Source: an uncultured virus (IMG/VR IMGVR_UViG_3300010885_077351) (Duplodnaviria; Heunggongvirae; Uroviricota; Caudoviricetes). Taken from it: DNA of 64,000 nt. Numbering within the stretch: the first letter of the stretch is position 1; each line of letters begins with the position of its first letter. The position numbers were made by a program, and so were the translations under genes. The stretch lies in the IMG/VR virus record IMGVR_UViG_3300010885_077351. The stretch is one strand, 5' to 3'. Below the pieces are notes generated by a model. The model did no database searches and was not told the origin of the DNA. It worked only from the letters and a program-made list of their open reading frames with translations. Shown one piece after another: positions 1-9,500 of the stretch.

Positions 1-566
1 GTGCTGGCTGCTATTGGCTTTATTACAGTAGGCATAACAAACGTAGTATCAATAAGTCTTAGTAGCCATGTTTTTGTAATTTTATCACCAGGACATGATT
101 TGTTGGTCTTAGGATCTTCTCTATGAAATCTAATAGTTGACTCATTTACAGGGAGCTTCAACCATTCCATAAGAATTTTAATTGTTTCAGCAGTCATACC
201 CCAGCATGCGGCACCACGACCCATCATTGGATCTTCACCATCATAATCACCTAACACTTCAATACCAATTTAGTTAGAATTATATGCAACAGCGTGTACA
301 CCTTTTTCATTAGGAGGGCACATACCCCATATTTGATCTTCATCTGTATAGAAATGCGGACCAGATGACCATCCTCTGTCATGCACATAACCATATTTCA
401 TATTTTCAATGTGCTGTGCAGTGAACCCTTTAGGTCTTTGTTTCAAAGATGGTTCAGCAGTATGGTGAACGCAAATACCTGTACACCATTTTGGTGGTGT
501 AATTTTGCTGAGATAATCTTTAAGACCATTTGTGGTCCATACTTTACCAACGTTTGAGAAGCTCAT
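1..566 (-). CDS. N-acetylmuramoyl-L-alanine amidase (Amidase_2-like endolysin), interrupted by one in-frame TAA at 270-272; runs off the window
   Basis: Zn-amidase motifs: CVHHTA, GVHAVAYN, then after the TAA the same frame continues IGIEVLGDYD...IRFHREDPKTNKSCPG with no further stop to position 1. TAAATA lies 5 nt before the ATG. Confidence 0.8.
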
Positions 567-574
567 GTATATAT

Positions 575-688
575 TTAGTTGTTAAATAGGAATGCGATTA
601 AAATTGACACCCATGTAATGATCATGAGTATGCCATAAATCAAATAGTCATTATCTGGAGGCGGATGTTGGTGATTGGGTTGTATCAT
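575..688 (-). CDS. 37-aa single-pass membrane protein (not in ORF track)
   Basis: MIQPNHQHPPPDNDYLIYGILMIITWVSILIAFLFNN*. One hydrophobic helix; its TAA is the start of the amidase TAAATA box. Confidence 0.4.
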   Translation of the reverse strand: MIQPNHQHPPPDNDYLIYGILMIITWVSILIAFLFNN

Positions 689-791
689 TTTTAGGTTTAT
701 CCTTCCGAAATATATTATCGTAATTGCTCCAGTAAGCTTTTAAATTAGCTCCTTCTCGAATTTTATCACCTTTACCAGCTTGTCCGTTCAT
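651..791 (-). CDS. 46-aa small phage protein (GKGD...NYDxIF type; not in ORF track)
   Basis: MNGQAGKGDKIREGANLKAYWSNYDNIFRKDKPK...; starts 6 nt after the stop of the 798-1682 gene. Confidence 0.55.
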   Translation of the reverse strand: MNGQAGKGDKIREGANLKAYWSNYDNIFRKDKPKNDTTQSPTSASR

Positions 792-797
792 ATTAGT

Positions 798-1682
798 TTA
801 GTGTTTGTAATTTACAATAGCTTTTTCCATTGCAATGTAAATTGGTGTAAGTTTTACTCCAGCTCTAATTGCCTTTGAACTATCTAACACGCAATTAGAG
901 CGAGGTGCTATAGCAACCCTTTCAAAGTGTTCAATACATTTAAAGTATATTTTATCAGATACTAGTTTATGAACCTTAAGCATATCAACAATCTCCTTAG
1001 TTGTCATGTAACCTGGTTGGGTAAGATTATAGATACCAGTTCTATTATCATTACCTAAGTCAACACAAGCTGCAACAAACTCTTCAAGTTGTGAAAATGA
1101 ATTAGTTGCATTTAACAGAGTCTCATAGTTAATTACTTTATTGAGATAGTTACGTGGGTTGTTAATACTATCAAACGGGATACGCAATCTGCAGATTAGT
1201 ACATCTGGGTAATACATACCCTCACCCATAATCAATTGCTCACCAAGTGCCTTGGTACCACTATACCAAGAATGTTTAGGCTGGTGGAATGAAAAATTTG
1301 GTACATCATTTTCGGTAAACTCATGCGCTGGTTCAAGACCTCTTTCACATTGTGTATCATTATAAATACACCCTGAAGAAATCTGAATTAACTTAACAGC
1401 AAACTTTTTACAAATAGTAAGTAGCTGCATTGGTAGTAGAACATTTGCTTGTAAAGCTGGTACTTGATTTTCAATCAATTCGCAGCTATCTACGTTAGGC
1501 TTACCTGTAAATCCGGCGCAGTTGTAAACATGGGTAATGTTATTTGCTAGTAAAAATTTTACAAAACTACGCTCATCAAATCCATAACGCACCTCATATG
1601 TAACATATGGTACTTGATTGGTTTTAAAATATTCTTCAAATGCGGATCCAACGTAGCCTGTAGCTCCGAGTAGTAAATTCAT
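798..1682 (-). CDS. NDP-4-keto-6-deoxyglucose reductase / bifunctional 3,5-epimerase-4-reductase (RmlD/NRS-ER-like SDR)
   Basis: N-terminal Rossmann GATGYVG, CAGFTGKPNVDSCE, SSGCIY, catalytic YSGTK, RLRIPF; near rmlA and rmlB. Confidence 0.8.
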   Translation of the reverse strand: MNLLLGATGYVGSAFEEYFKTNQVPYVTYEVRYGFDERSFVKFLLANNITHVYNCAGFTGKPNVDSCELIENQVPALQANVLLPMQLLTICKKFAVKLIQISSGCIYNDTQCERGLEPAHEFTENDVPNFSFHQPKHSWYSGTKALGEQLIMGEGMYYPDVLICRLRIPFDSINNPRNYLNKVINYETLLNATNSFSQLEEFVAACVDLGNDNRTGIYNLTQPGYMTTKEIVDMLKVHKLVSDKIYFKCIEHFERVAIAPRSNCVLDSSKAIRAGVKLTPIYIAMEKAIVNYKH

Positions 1683-1716
1683 ATAATTATATATTGAGTA
1701 AAAGATTTATTTCAAC

Positions 1717-1887
1717 TTAGATGTCGATAGAATCTAGCAATTGAACCAACTTAAACATACACCATTCCAAAAATAGATGTATCTCAAGGCAGCCTTTTGC
1801 AATAAGTGCAAAAATAAATGCTATACCTGAAACAATATAGCTAAACCCAACAATAATGACGCAAATTAAATAATTTAAATATCACAT
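1717..1887 (-). pseudogene. Small hydrophobic ORF with TGA at codon 2
   Basis: ATG TGA, then an open frame YLNYLICVIIVGFSYIVSGIAFIFALIAKG...DSIDI* fills the gap exactly. TATATA lies 5 nt before the ATG. Confidence 0.35.
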
Positions 1888-1900
1888 ATTAATATATAGG

Positions 1901-1930
1901 AAGACCCTACGAGAATTCTCGTAGGGTCTT
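1901..1930. terminator. Perfect 30-bp palindrome; probable terminator hairpin after 1949-2173
   Basis: AAGACCCTACGAGAATTCTCGTAGGGTCTT is its own reverse complement. Confidence 0.6.
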
Positions 1931-1948
1931 TAGTTTGTTAGTTGTTAA

Positions 1949-2173
1949 TTAGTATGAAAAGATGGTACCATTCTTCATATCCGATGTTAGATCACGAACA
2001 TCGACTCGCTGAAGGCCGGTTTCATGCTGATTAATAACATTCTCAACGAATGCCTTTGCAACACGATACTCACCATTTGCACTACGCTCCATCTGCACCA
2101 AGAAAGACTTGGGACGAACGTTCTTGCTCTGGTACCACTCACGACTAATGTTCAATTTCTTATTGTTGTTCAT
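1949..2173 (-). CDS. Hypothetical protein
   Basis: 74-aa ORF with its own sigma70-like promoter and a downstream hairpin. Confidence 0.7.
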   Translation of the reverse strand: MNNNKKLNISREWYQSKNVRPKSFLVQMERSANGEYRVAKAFVENVINQHETGLQRVDVRDLTSDMKNGTIFSY

Positions 2174-2179
2174 ACTATT

Positions 2180-2207
2180 ATTATAAAGTCTGTTTTAAGT
2201 AAGTCAA
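2180..2207 (-). promoter_or_regulatory. sigma70-like early/middle promoter
   Basis: TTGACT-N16-TATAAT, 6 nt before ATG 2173. Confidence 0.7.
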
Positions 2208-2221
2208 CTATGTTTGTTGAA

Positions 2222-3145
2222 TTATTTTTCAACAGCTGTAAGTTCAACCTTCTTCCACACTGCGGTGGTGCCTCGACCAAACTTAATCAGCTTCTCAGTA
2301 TTAGTAAGTTCTTTAAGAAGAATATAAGCCTTACCGGTATCAACACCGAGCTGCTTAATAACTTGCTGCTGAGTAATACCGTTAACGTCAGACATATTCA
2401 TAATCGTTTCAAGTTGCTCAGTCTTACGATCAGCCTTTGCATGCTTATTTGAAGTTTGCTCAACTTTAGAGATAGTTTTAAAGTCGAAACCTTTTGAACC
2501 AAACCCAATTGCAAGCTCTTCAGTACAACCATAACGATTCTTTTGAGCTGAGAAGACGCGAATCTGATTATCGTCTTCGTCGCGATCAAGTTGAAAGTTT
2601 GCACTAACAGCATGCGGAATCAAAGTCGACCCCTTATACTTACCAGCCTTGGTAATATGAAGAATAATACCAACAACACACTCATTTTGCTCAGCAGCAT
2701 CGATAATACGCTGAACCAAATATGCTTCCTTTTTATTACCAGTAACATCTTTATTAGTAGTCAAGCATGGAAAAGAGTCAATAACGATAAAGTCAAGCTC
2801 TTTAGTAAGCTCACAAATCTCATCGATATTAGTCTCATTACAAACTGGTACTTCATAAACACCGAGACGTTTACAAGTAAAGGCAATTTGATTGATATCT
2901 TCTTCACCAGTTGCGAAACCGCAATTATAACCCAACTTCGACATATTTTCGAGCAACTGAAGAAAGAACGTCGTCTTACCAGTACCAGGAGCTGCTGTAA
3001 GAGTAAAGGTTGAACCTGGAAGAATACCACCACCGAATAGACTATCAAGCTCTGCAACTCCAGTCGACATACGGTTAAAGAAACGATCTGGGATGTCAAT
3101 TGCTGATACTTTTTGCAACTTATTTGACTTAATATTGAGCTTCAT
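2222..3145 (-). CDS. RadA/Sms-like RecA-family ATPase (no N-terminal Zn finger, no Lon-like domain)
   Basis: STGVAELDSLFGGGILPG, Walker A APGTGKTT, GEE, Walker B IVIDS, HITK, KNRYG (RadA KNRFG motif); short helical C-terminus. Confidence 0.8.
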   Translation of the reverse strand: MKLNIKSNKLQKVSAIDIPDRFFNRMSTGVAELDSLFGGGILPGSTFTLTAAPGTGKTTFFLQLLENMSKLGYNCGFATGEEDINQIAFTCKRLGVYEVPVCNETNIDEICELTKELDFIVIDSFPCLTTNKDVTGNKKEAYLVQRIIDAAEQNECVVGIILHITKAGKYKGSTLIPHAVSANFQLDRDEDDNQIRVFSAQKNRYGCTEELAIGFGSKGFDFKTISKVEQTSNKHAKADRKTEQLETIMNMSDVNGITQQQVIKQLGVDTGKAYILLKELTNTEKLIKFGRGTTAVWKKVELTAVEK

Positions 3146-3196
3146 TTTTTGTAATTGTTATTGTTTGTTTACTCTATTATTATAACGACTTTCCGT

Positions 3197-3427
3197 TTAA
3201 TCTTTAATCGTTTTGTACGGGAATTCCTTAATTCCCCTTTCTGAAGTAACAACAATGCTTAAGTCACCAAGCCAGTTCATAGTATACTTCTCATTAGCTT
3301 TCTCAAGCTTAAGAATGTAATCAGCTGTAGCTTTAAAAATAGGCCGCTCGTTATATTTTACCCAATGTAATAGGGTTTCTTTATCTAATAAATAATTTGA
3401 GTCTCTTCCTCTAGGTAGTGTATCCAT
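3197..3427 (-). CDS. Hypothetical protein
   Basis: 76-aa ORF in the run of minus-strand genes; TATAAT 6 nt before the ATG. Confidence 0.55.
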   Translation of the reverse strand: MDTLPRGRDSNYLLDKETLLHWVKYNERPIFKATADYILKLEKANEKYTMNWLGDLSIVVTSERGIKEFPYKTIKD

Positions 3428-3631
3428 CTACATATTATATCCACTTTCCTTTAAAACATTATAAAGGTAGTGTATGTGATTTTCAATTGCGTACTGTATA
3501 TCATATGATACACCTCCCCACATTAGCTTCATCTCCTCAATTGTTCTCACAATTGCATCTTGGAGATTTTTATTTGAAGAGTTTTCTATACCAGCTGTTA
3601 GCTGCTCGTTGTTCTGCTTTTGTTTTTTCAT
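3428..3631 (-). CDS. Hypothetical protein
   Basis: 67-aa ORF abutting the next gene and overlapping the rmlB 3' end. Confidence 0.5.
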   Translation of the reverse strand: MKKQKQNNEQLTAGIENSSNKNLQDAIVRTIEEMKLMWGGVSYDIQYAIENHIHYLYNVLKESGYNM

Positions 3632-4637
3632 AGTAGAATTCTACGGTAGTATGAAGTTGCTTTTTGAAACTCTTACTAGGTAAATTAGGGTGTGCATATT
3701 TGGAGCTCATTGCATATTTGAAATCGTGACCTTTACGATCTTCTACAAATTCAATTGTATCTTCAAATTTTGCATATTTGTGAATGAGTTCGCAATCTTT
3801 TTTACGACAAAAGAACTTTACCGTTTCATAAATTTCATCTAGAATCTCCAAATTGTTTCTAGATACACCCTTACCATAATTAAAAACTCTACCAGGCGCA
3901 TAACGAAAAGCTTTATCTAAGATGAAATGACAAAAATCTTCTACAAAAACCCACTCTCTGATATTTTTACCGTTACCATAAACAGGCATCACATCACCTC
4001 TAAGTAGGTTTGTAATGTATTTGGGTAATAGTTTTTCTTCATCTTGTCTTGGACCAAAATTGTTACATCCTCTCACAATACAAAAGTCAGTTTTGAAAGT
4101 ATTGTAGAAAGATAAAGCTATCAGATCTGCAGCTGCTTTTGAGGATGCATACGGGGATCTAGGCGCGATGGGGCTATCTTCCGTCCATGATTTTTCATTA
4201 ACTTCTAAATGACCATACACCTCATCAGTACTCACTAATACACACTTACAATGGTTATCAATATTTTTCTGATACCAATCAACACTATTAACTACATTAG
4301 TAGTACCTACAACATTTGAAGTAACAAAACCAAGTGGATCAGTGATTGAACGATCTACATGTGATTCAGCTGCACCATGGATGATAAGATCTGGTTTATA
4401 TTTAACTAGTAAATCTTTAAACCTCTTATCTTCACACTTCATCTTCACATTTGTGATTTGATTACCTTGTTGTTCTGGTAAAATATTAGATTTATTTGAA
4501 CCAGCACCACACTTATCAACATTGATAATATGCGTGTTATAGTATGTATCGTTTATAATGTTAATGAGGTTAGACATTATAAAACCGTACCCACCTGTTA
4601 CCAATACTGTTTTATGATCGAGGCTGAATGAATCCAT
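3570..4637 (-). CDS. rmlB: dTDP-glucose 4,6-dehydratase
   Basis: LVTGGYGFI, AAESHVDRSI, VSTDEVYG, PRSPYASSKA, NNFGPRQ, GNGKNIREWVFVED, DRKGHD. Confidence 0.92.
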   Translation of the reverse strand: MDSFSLDHKTVLVTGGYGFIMSNLINIINDTYYNTHIINVDKCGAGSNKSNILPEQQGNQITNVKMKCEDKRFKDLLVKYKPDLIIHGAAESHVDRSITDPLGFVTSNVVGTTNVVNSVDWYQKNIDNHCKCVLVSTDEVYGHLEVNEKSWTEDSPIAPRSPYASSKAAADLIALSFYNTFKTDFCIVRGCNNFGPRQDEEKLLPKYITNLLRGDVMPVYGNGKNIREWVFVEDFCHFILDKAFRYAPGRVFNYGKGVSRNNLEILDEIYETVKFFCRKKDCELIHKYAKFEDTIEFVEDRKGHDFKYAMSSKYAHPNLPSKSFKKQLHTTVEFYYEKTKAEQRAANSWYRKLFK

Positions 4638-4638
4638 A

Positions 4639-5391
4639 TTATTTTTTATCTGCTAAGATTTTCATGAAGTTATTTGCATGTTGAAGATCATCTATAGTGC
4701 CGCAATCATACCAAAATACATTTTCAAATTTGTAAACACCAAGATTATCTTCTTGTAAATATTTACGCTGCAAATCTGTAATTTCAAGTTCACCTCTTGC
4801 AGAAGGTTTAAGAGATCTTACTTTATTTGCTGCAGTGTTATCAAAGAAGTACAATCCAGGTATAATTTCATTCGAAGGTGGATTAATTGGCTTTTCAACT
4901 ACATCAACAATATAACCATCATTATCATATTTCACAACACCATATTGAGTTGGATCTTTTACTTTGACTGTTGTAATAAAATTATCTTCATTGATACAAA
5001 GTTGTTTTAATTCTTCTTTTTCTTTGGTGTCAATAAAATGGAAGATGTTATCACCTAGACCGAGTAATGTACTATAGCCTTCTGGTATATGCTTTTCAGC
5101 AATGAGATAAGCTTCTGCGATACCACCTGGATTAGGTTGAGTTTCAATCGCGATATATTTGAATTTTTCACCCCATTGAGAGTATGTATGAATGTAATTA
5201 ACAAACAGATCACGAGTATCAGGTCTAGTGATGATTACTACATCAGTGATACCTAAATCATAAAAAAGCTGCAGCTGGTAGTCAACCAGAGGTTTATCAT
5301 ATACAGGTACTAAAGATTTAGGTATAGCTTTAGTAATTTGACCTAAGCGAGAACCCACACCACCACAGAGAAGAATGCCAATACGTTTCAT
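4639..5391 (-). CDS. rmlA: Glucose-1-phosphate thymidylyltransferase
   Basis: GILLCGGVGSRL...K.L.PVYDKP, Q..PGGIAEA, LGDNIF, EKP, GLYFFD, PSARGELEITD, WYDCGT. Confidence 0.92.
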   Translation of the reverse strand: MKRIGILLCGGVGSRLGQITKAIPKSLVPVYDKPLVDYQLQLFYDLGITDVVIITRPDTRDLFVNYIHTYSQWGEKFKYIAIETQPNPGGIAEAYLIAEKHIPEGYSTLLGLGDNIFHFIDTKEKEELKQLCINEDNFITTVKVKDPTQYGVVKYDNDGYIVDVVEKPINPPSNEIIPGLYFFDNTAANKVRSLKPSARGELEITDLQRKYLQEDNLGVYKFENVFWYDCGTIDDLQHANNFMKILADKK

Positions 5392-5606
5392 TGTAATGTT
5401 AATATAGTATCAGCTGCAGTAGAATCAACTACTAAATCACCATCATCATAACTTATTAATTGTTTTATACCACTTAACCACACATCTGCTGAATCAAATA
5501 CTTCCATATCATCAACTTCTTCTAGTTTATCGTATATATCATCAACAATATCTGCAATTTTTTCGAGTTCTTTTTCAAGGAATTTTTTAAATTTAGCGTT
5601 ATCCAT
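5388..5606 (-). CDS. Small acidic hypothetical protein
   Basis: 72 aa, D/E-rich; ATGA overlap with rmlA; TATATA 5 nt before the ATG. Confidence 0.6.
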   Translation of the reverse strand: MDNAKFKKFLEKELEKIADIVDDIYDKLEEVDDMEVFDSADVWLSGIKQLISYDDGDLVVDSTAADTILTLQ

Positions 5607-5626
5607 ACAAATATATATTTTCAGAA

Positions 5627-5632
5627 TAAATA
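5627..5632 (+). promoter_or_regulatory. T4-late-like TAAATA promoter of the SOD gene
   Basis: TAAATA-TTTTTT-GTG; one of 22 equivalent sites. Confidence 0.7.
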
Positions 5633-5638
5633 TTTTTT

Positions 5639-6250
5639 GTGGATTTCAACGAAAGAGTTAGTTTATTAATAGAGGGGGTTGGTTATTATAAGCCAGTCAA
5701 AGTGGATTATTCTTTTAATTCATTAAAACCCTTTACTTCCAAAGAAACAATGGATGAACATTATAATAAACATTACAAAGGGTACATTAAAAAATGCAAC
5801 GAATTAATTAAACGACCAAAGCCATTAGTTGAAATGGCAGAAAATATAAAAAACTATGATGATATCATAAGGTTTAATGTTGGAGGAGCATTAAATCATT
5901 CTATATGGTTCAGAACCCTAGGGAAAAATATCACGCTAAATGGTACAGCAAAAGAATTAATAGAATCAAAATTTAAATCCTATGAAGATTTTAAAGATAA
6001 ATTTGAAGAAAAAGCTCTATCAATTATGGGCTCTGGTTGGTGTTGGCTTACTACAAAGGGTGAACTTCATACAACTCCTAACCAGGATAATCCTTTGATG
6101 CATCGATCGATGGGTGATCCAGTTTTAGGTTTAGATATGTGGGAGCATTCTTTCTATCTTGATTACCAATCTGATAAGAAAAAATATGTCAAAAACTTTT
6201 TCAAATGTATAAATTGGAATGCGATAAATGAAGTTTTAGAGACTAAATAA
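5639..6250 (+). CDS. sod: Fe/Mn superoxide dismutase (Mn-type signatures) with an N-terminal extension
   Basis: EHYNKHYKGY, FNVGGALNHSIWF, GSGWCWL, TPNQDNPL, GLDMWEHSFYLDYQ. Confidence 0.92.
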   Translation: MDFNERVSLLIEGVGYYKPVKVDYSFNSLKPFTSKETMDEHYNKHYKGYIKKCNELIKRPKPLVEMAENIKNYDDIIRFNVGGALNHSIWFRTLGKNITLNGTAKELIESKFKSYEDFKDKFEEKALSIMGSGWCWLTTKGELHTTPNQDNPLMHRSMGDPVLGLDMWEHSFYLDYQSDKKKYVKNFFKCINWNAINEVLETK

Positions 6251-6254
6251 CTAT

Positions 6255-6566
6255 ATGCCTTATCAGAATCTTAATCAGTGTGCATCATTTAACCAAGTTG
6301 TAACTAACTCTTCGTTAGCTAAACTTTCTGGTTTTAGTTGTTCAGAAGTAATTATTGTAAACCCTTCTAATGCGACACTATTAGTATATGATAATAACAA
6401 TAGTGCAGCTGCAAGTGCTTTCGCAGTTCTTTCCAGTTCAACAGCAATAATCAGAGGTATAACTAATTCAAATTTAATAAGTGCGCAGTTTGCAACAGCA
6501 CCAAATAATGGTACCATTTATTGCAGAGCGCAGTATTACTCACACTCCACTGTTTCATACGGTTGA
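6255..6566 (+). CDS. Small beta-rich virion protein (possible fibre/spike base)
   Basis: S/A/N/T-rich, 103 aa; late box 5 nt upstream; directly precedes a long fibre. Confidence 0.55.
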   Translation: MPYQNLNQCASFNQVVTNSSLAKLSGFSCSEVIIVNPSNATLLVYDNNNSAAASAFAVLSSSTAIIRGITNSNLISAQFATAPNNGTIYCRAQYYSHSTVSYG

Positions 6567-6594
6567 TAATAGCGGGTAAAAAATAAATAAGTTA

Positions 6595-9500
6595 GTGAGT
6601 GATAAACTTAAAATTTTAGATACAAACCTTGCATTCATACCTACTGATAAGGGGTTGAATTATATTATTTGCAAAGAATTCAAAGAGGTATTCTTTGATA
6701 TATTTGAAATTAACTGTGGTGGTAATAAAATTATTGCTGAAAAGGTAGATGATATAAGTGGTGACCCTGTATTAAAATTAACTACAGAGTATAATAATAA
6801 TCTTTACACCTCTCTATATGTACTAAAAGAAGGTGATGATAATATTATTTTTAATGTTAACTCACTTGATAATGGTAGAAGGGTATTTGCTAAAGAAAAA
6901 CAAATTTTAGAGTCAGTTGCTGAAGAAGAAAATTTACCAGATCCAGAACCAATTGTTGAAGAAACATATATTACTTCTGAAAGTGCTTCTGTTGACATTG
7001 AAAGATATAAAGCTGATGCTATTAGAGTTATAAATGAAAACCACTCTAATAAGAAGCATAAAATTGAGCAGCTCTCTGAGAGCTTAACTAATCTAATAGA
7101 TGAACGTCTATCAGAGCTAAAAAGCTCTTCAATAACTGATATTAAAGGTCTCAAATCTGATATCTTAAAAAGTTTTGATGAACGGGTAAGTCAGGTAGAA
7201 ATTATATCTGATAGAGCGGTTGCAGAGGCTAACTCAATTAGAGAAAGTATTGAAGCCACTGCTGAGTTGTATACAAATATTGTAACAACAAATGCAGATG
7301 AAAAGACCAAACAGCTACAAGATCTCAGAGAAGGAGTTGTATATGATGTCAACACCAAGATTGCAGAACTCCAAACAGAACTAGTTAATCAAGAAGCTCA
7401 AGTTAATAATGCGTTTCAGTCTATACAGACATTTATAGATGAATCTAAAAAGCAACTATTAGAACAAAAAACTACTAACATTACTGACGTCGAACATATC
7501 TGTAATGAATCGAAACAGGTTATATCAGAAAATCTTAAGAGAGCAGAAAGCTTGGTATCTAATAAGATTGGTAAACTACAATCAACAGCTGATAAGAAGA
7601 TTAACGATATAACAGCTTTAGTTGAAAATAGAATTTCTCTTTTTGATAATAGAATAGCTGATATTAATAGTGCTATTGAGAGAGCAGAAAATAGCTTACA
7701 AGAACAAATCTCGCAAGGTTTAAACAACATACTTACAGAAGCTAAATCTCATTCATCTATTTTAGAAGATAAGAAGATTGAAATTAAAGAGTTGGTTTCA
7801 AAAACTGCAAATGAATTATCAGTTTTAGGTACTGGTATCGTTGAAGCTGTAGAAAAGAAAGTAAAAGATTTTAATCTTGTAGCAATTAAAAGAGAAGATT
7901 TAAACAGCCTCAAAAAACAATTAGAGACAAGGCTTGAAAATGAATCAGCTAATCTCAAAAAATACGTAGCTGGTTATGGTGGTGGTGGGTCAGTAGCAGC
8001 TCAATACGCTAATGGTGGTACCATGAATGGTTCGCTCAATATTGCAACAGGTCAGATTTTGTCTGGTGGCATTGATATTGGTACAATTTTTGGTGGGGGA
8101 TCTTCTGGTGTAAGTTATCTATCTGCACTTAATGATGTTTCAATACCATCACCAGCTAATGGTCAGGTACTTGTATACAGTAGTGTGTTGGAAAAATGGA
8201 CAACTGGTTCACCAGCTTCTGCATCAGGTCAAACAGGTTATTATGGTTCATTTTATGACACCACCGCACAAACTCTTACTGGAGCTAATCAAGCTAAAAG
8301 ACTTAATATAGCAAATACATTTGAAGCTAACGGAATTAGTTTAAGTAGCAATAAAATTGTATTCAATAATATTGGTACTTATGAATTAATTTTTAGTATT
8401 CAGTATAAAAATACAAGTCAAAATCAAGAAGATATTTATATTTGGTTCAGAAAAAATGGTGTCGATATACCAGACAGTAGTTCTGTATTCACAATACCAG
8501 CAAGAAAAAATGCCAGTATACCTGCACAGTTAATTGCAGTAACACCATTTATAGCTACACTAGCTGCTAATGATTTTATAGAAATATATTGGCACTGCAA
8601 TAATACAGCAGTAACTGTAGAAACATTTACCACACACACTAATCCAACAATTCCAGATACTCCTGGGGTGATTATTACTGCTAAACAAGTTACTAATGTT
8701 CAGCTTGTTCCAACAGTAGGTGCTTATTTACCATTGTCTGGTGGAACTGTTACAGGGGTTTTATCTACAACAAATGTAATATATGCCAGCGGGGGCAACA
8801 GCAATCAATGGAATAGTACATATTCAACTGTTCAAACTAATTCTGCATCATGGAATCCAGCAGGTAGTTATTTACCTCTTTCAGGTGGTGTAATGACTGG
8901 TAATATTACAAGAGACAATGGATCTGAAGGTTATAATCTTAGTCAAAGTAACTTATCGATATATTATTATAATGCAGCTGGTTCTACAGAGATGGGTTTA
9001 AACAGGTACTCCCTTGCATTTAGTGACTCACAGGAAGGTGGTGGTAGTATATCAATGGTGGCACCGAATTTCGGTAATCAAAACTTTAGTGTAACTTTCC
9101 CACGTGCAAATGGTAACATAATGACAGATCAAAGTGTTTGGGAAAATACTTTACCCATTGGTTGGTATGATGCTATGTTTTACAGAGATGGTGCAGCTAA
9201 TACCATAGCTCAACGCAATGGTGCTAGTGCTCAAACCTTTCGTGTTTATAATAAATTTACATCTGCTTCTATATATGAACGAGGATTTTCCAAATGGAAT
9301 TCCAATGTGTTTCAAGTTGGTACAGAGAAGCTTGGAACTGGGATGTCAGCAAGAGCATTGGGATTTGTAACTGATGGTACCGAAAGATTGAATATTGGGG
9401 TATCTGGTGCTATTACTACTACTAATTCTGTATCCACAACAAATGTAATGTATGCTAGTGGTGGAAATAGTAATCAATGGAACAGTTCATACACCACAGT

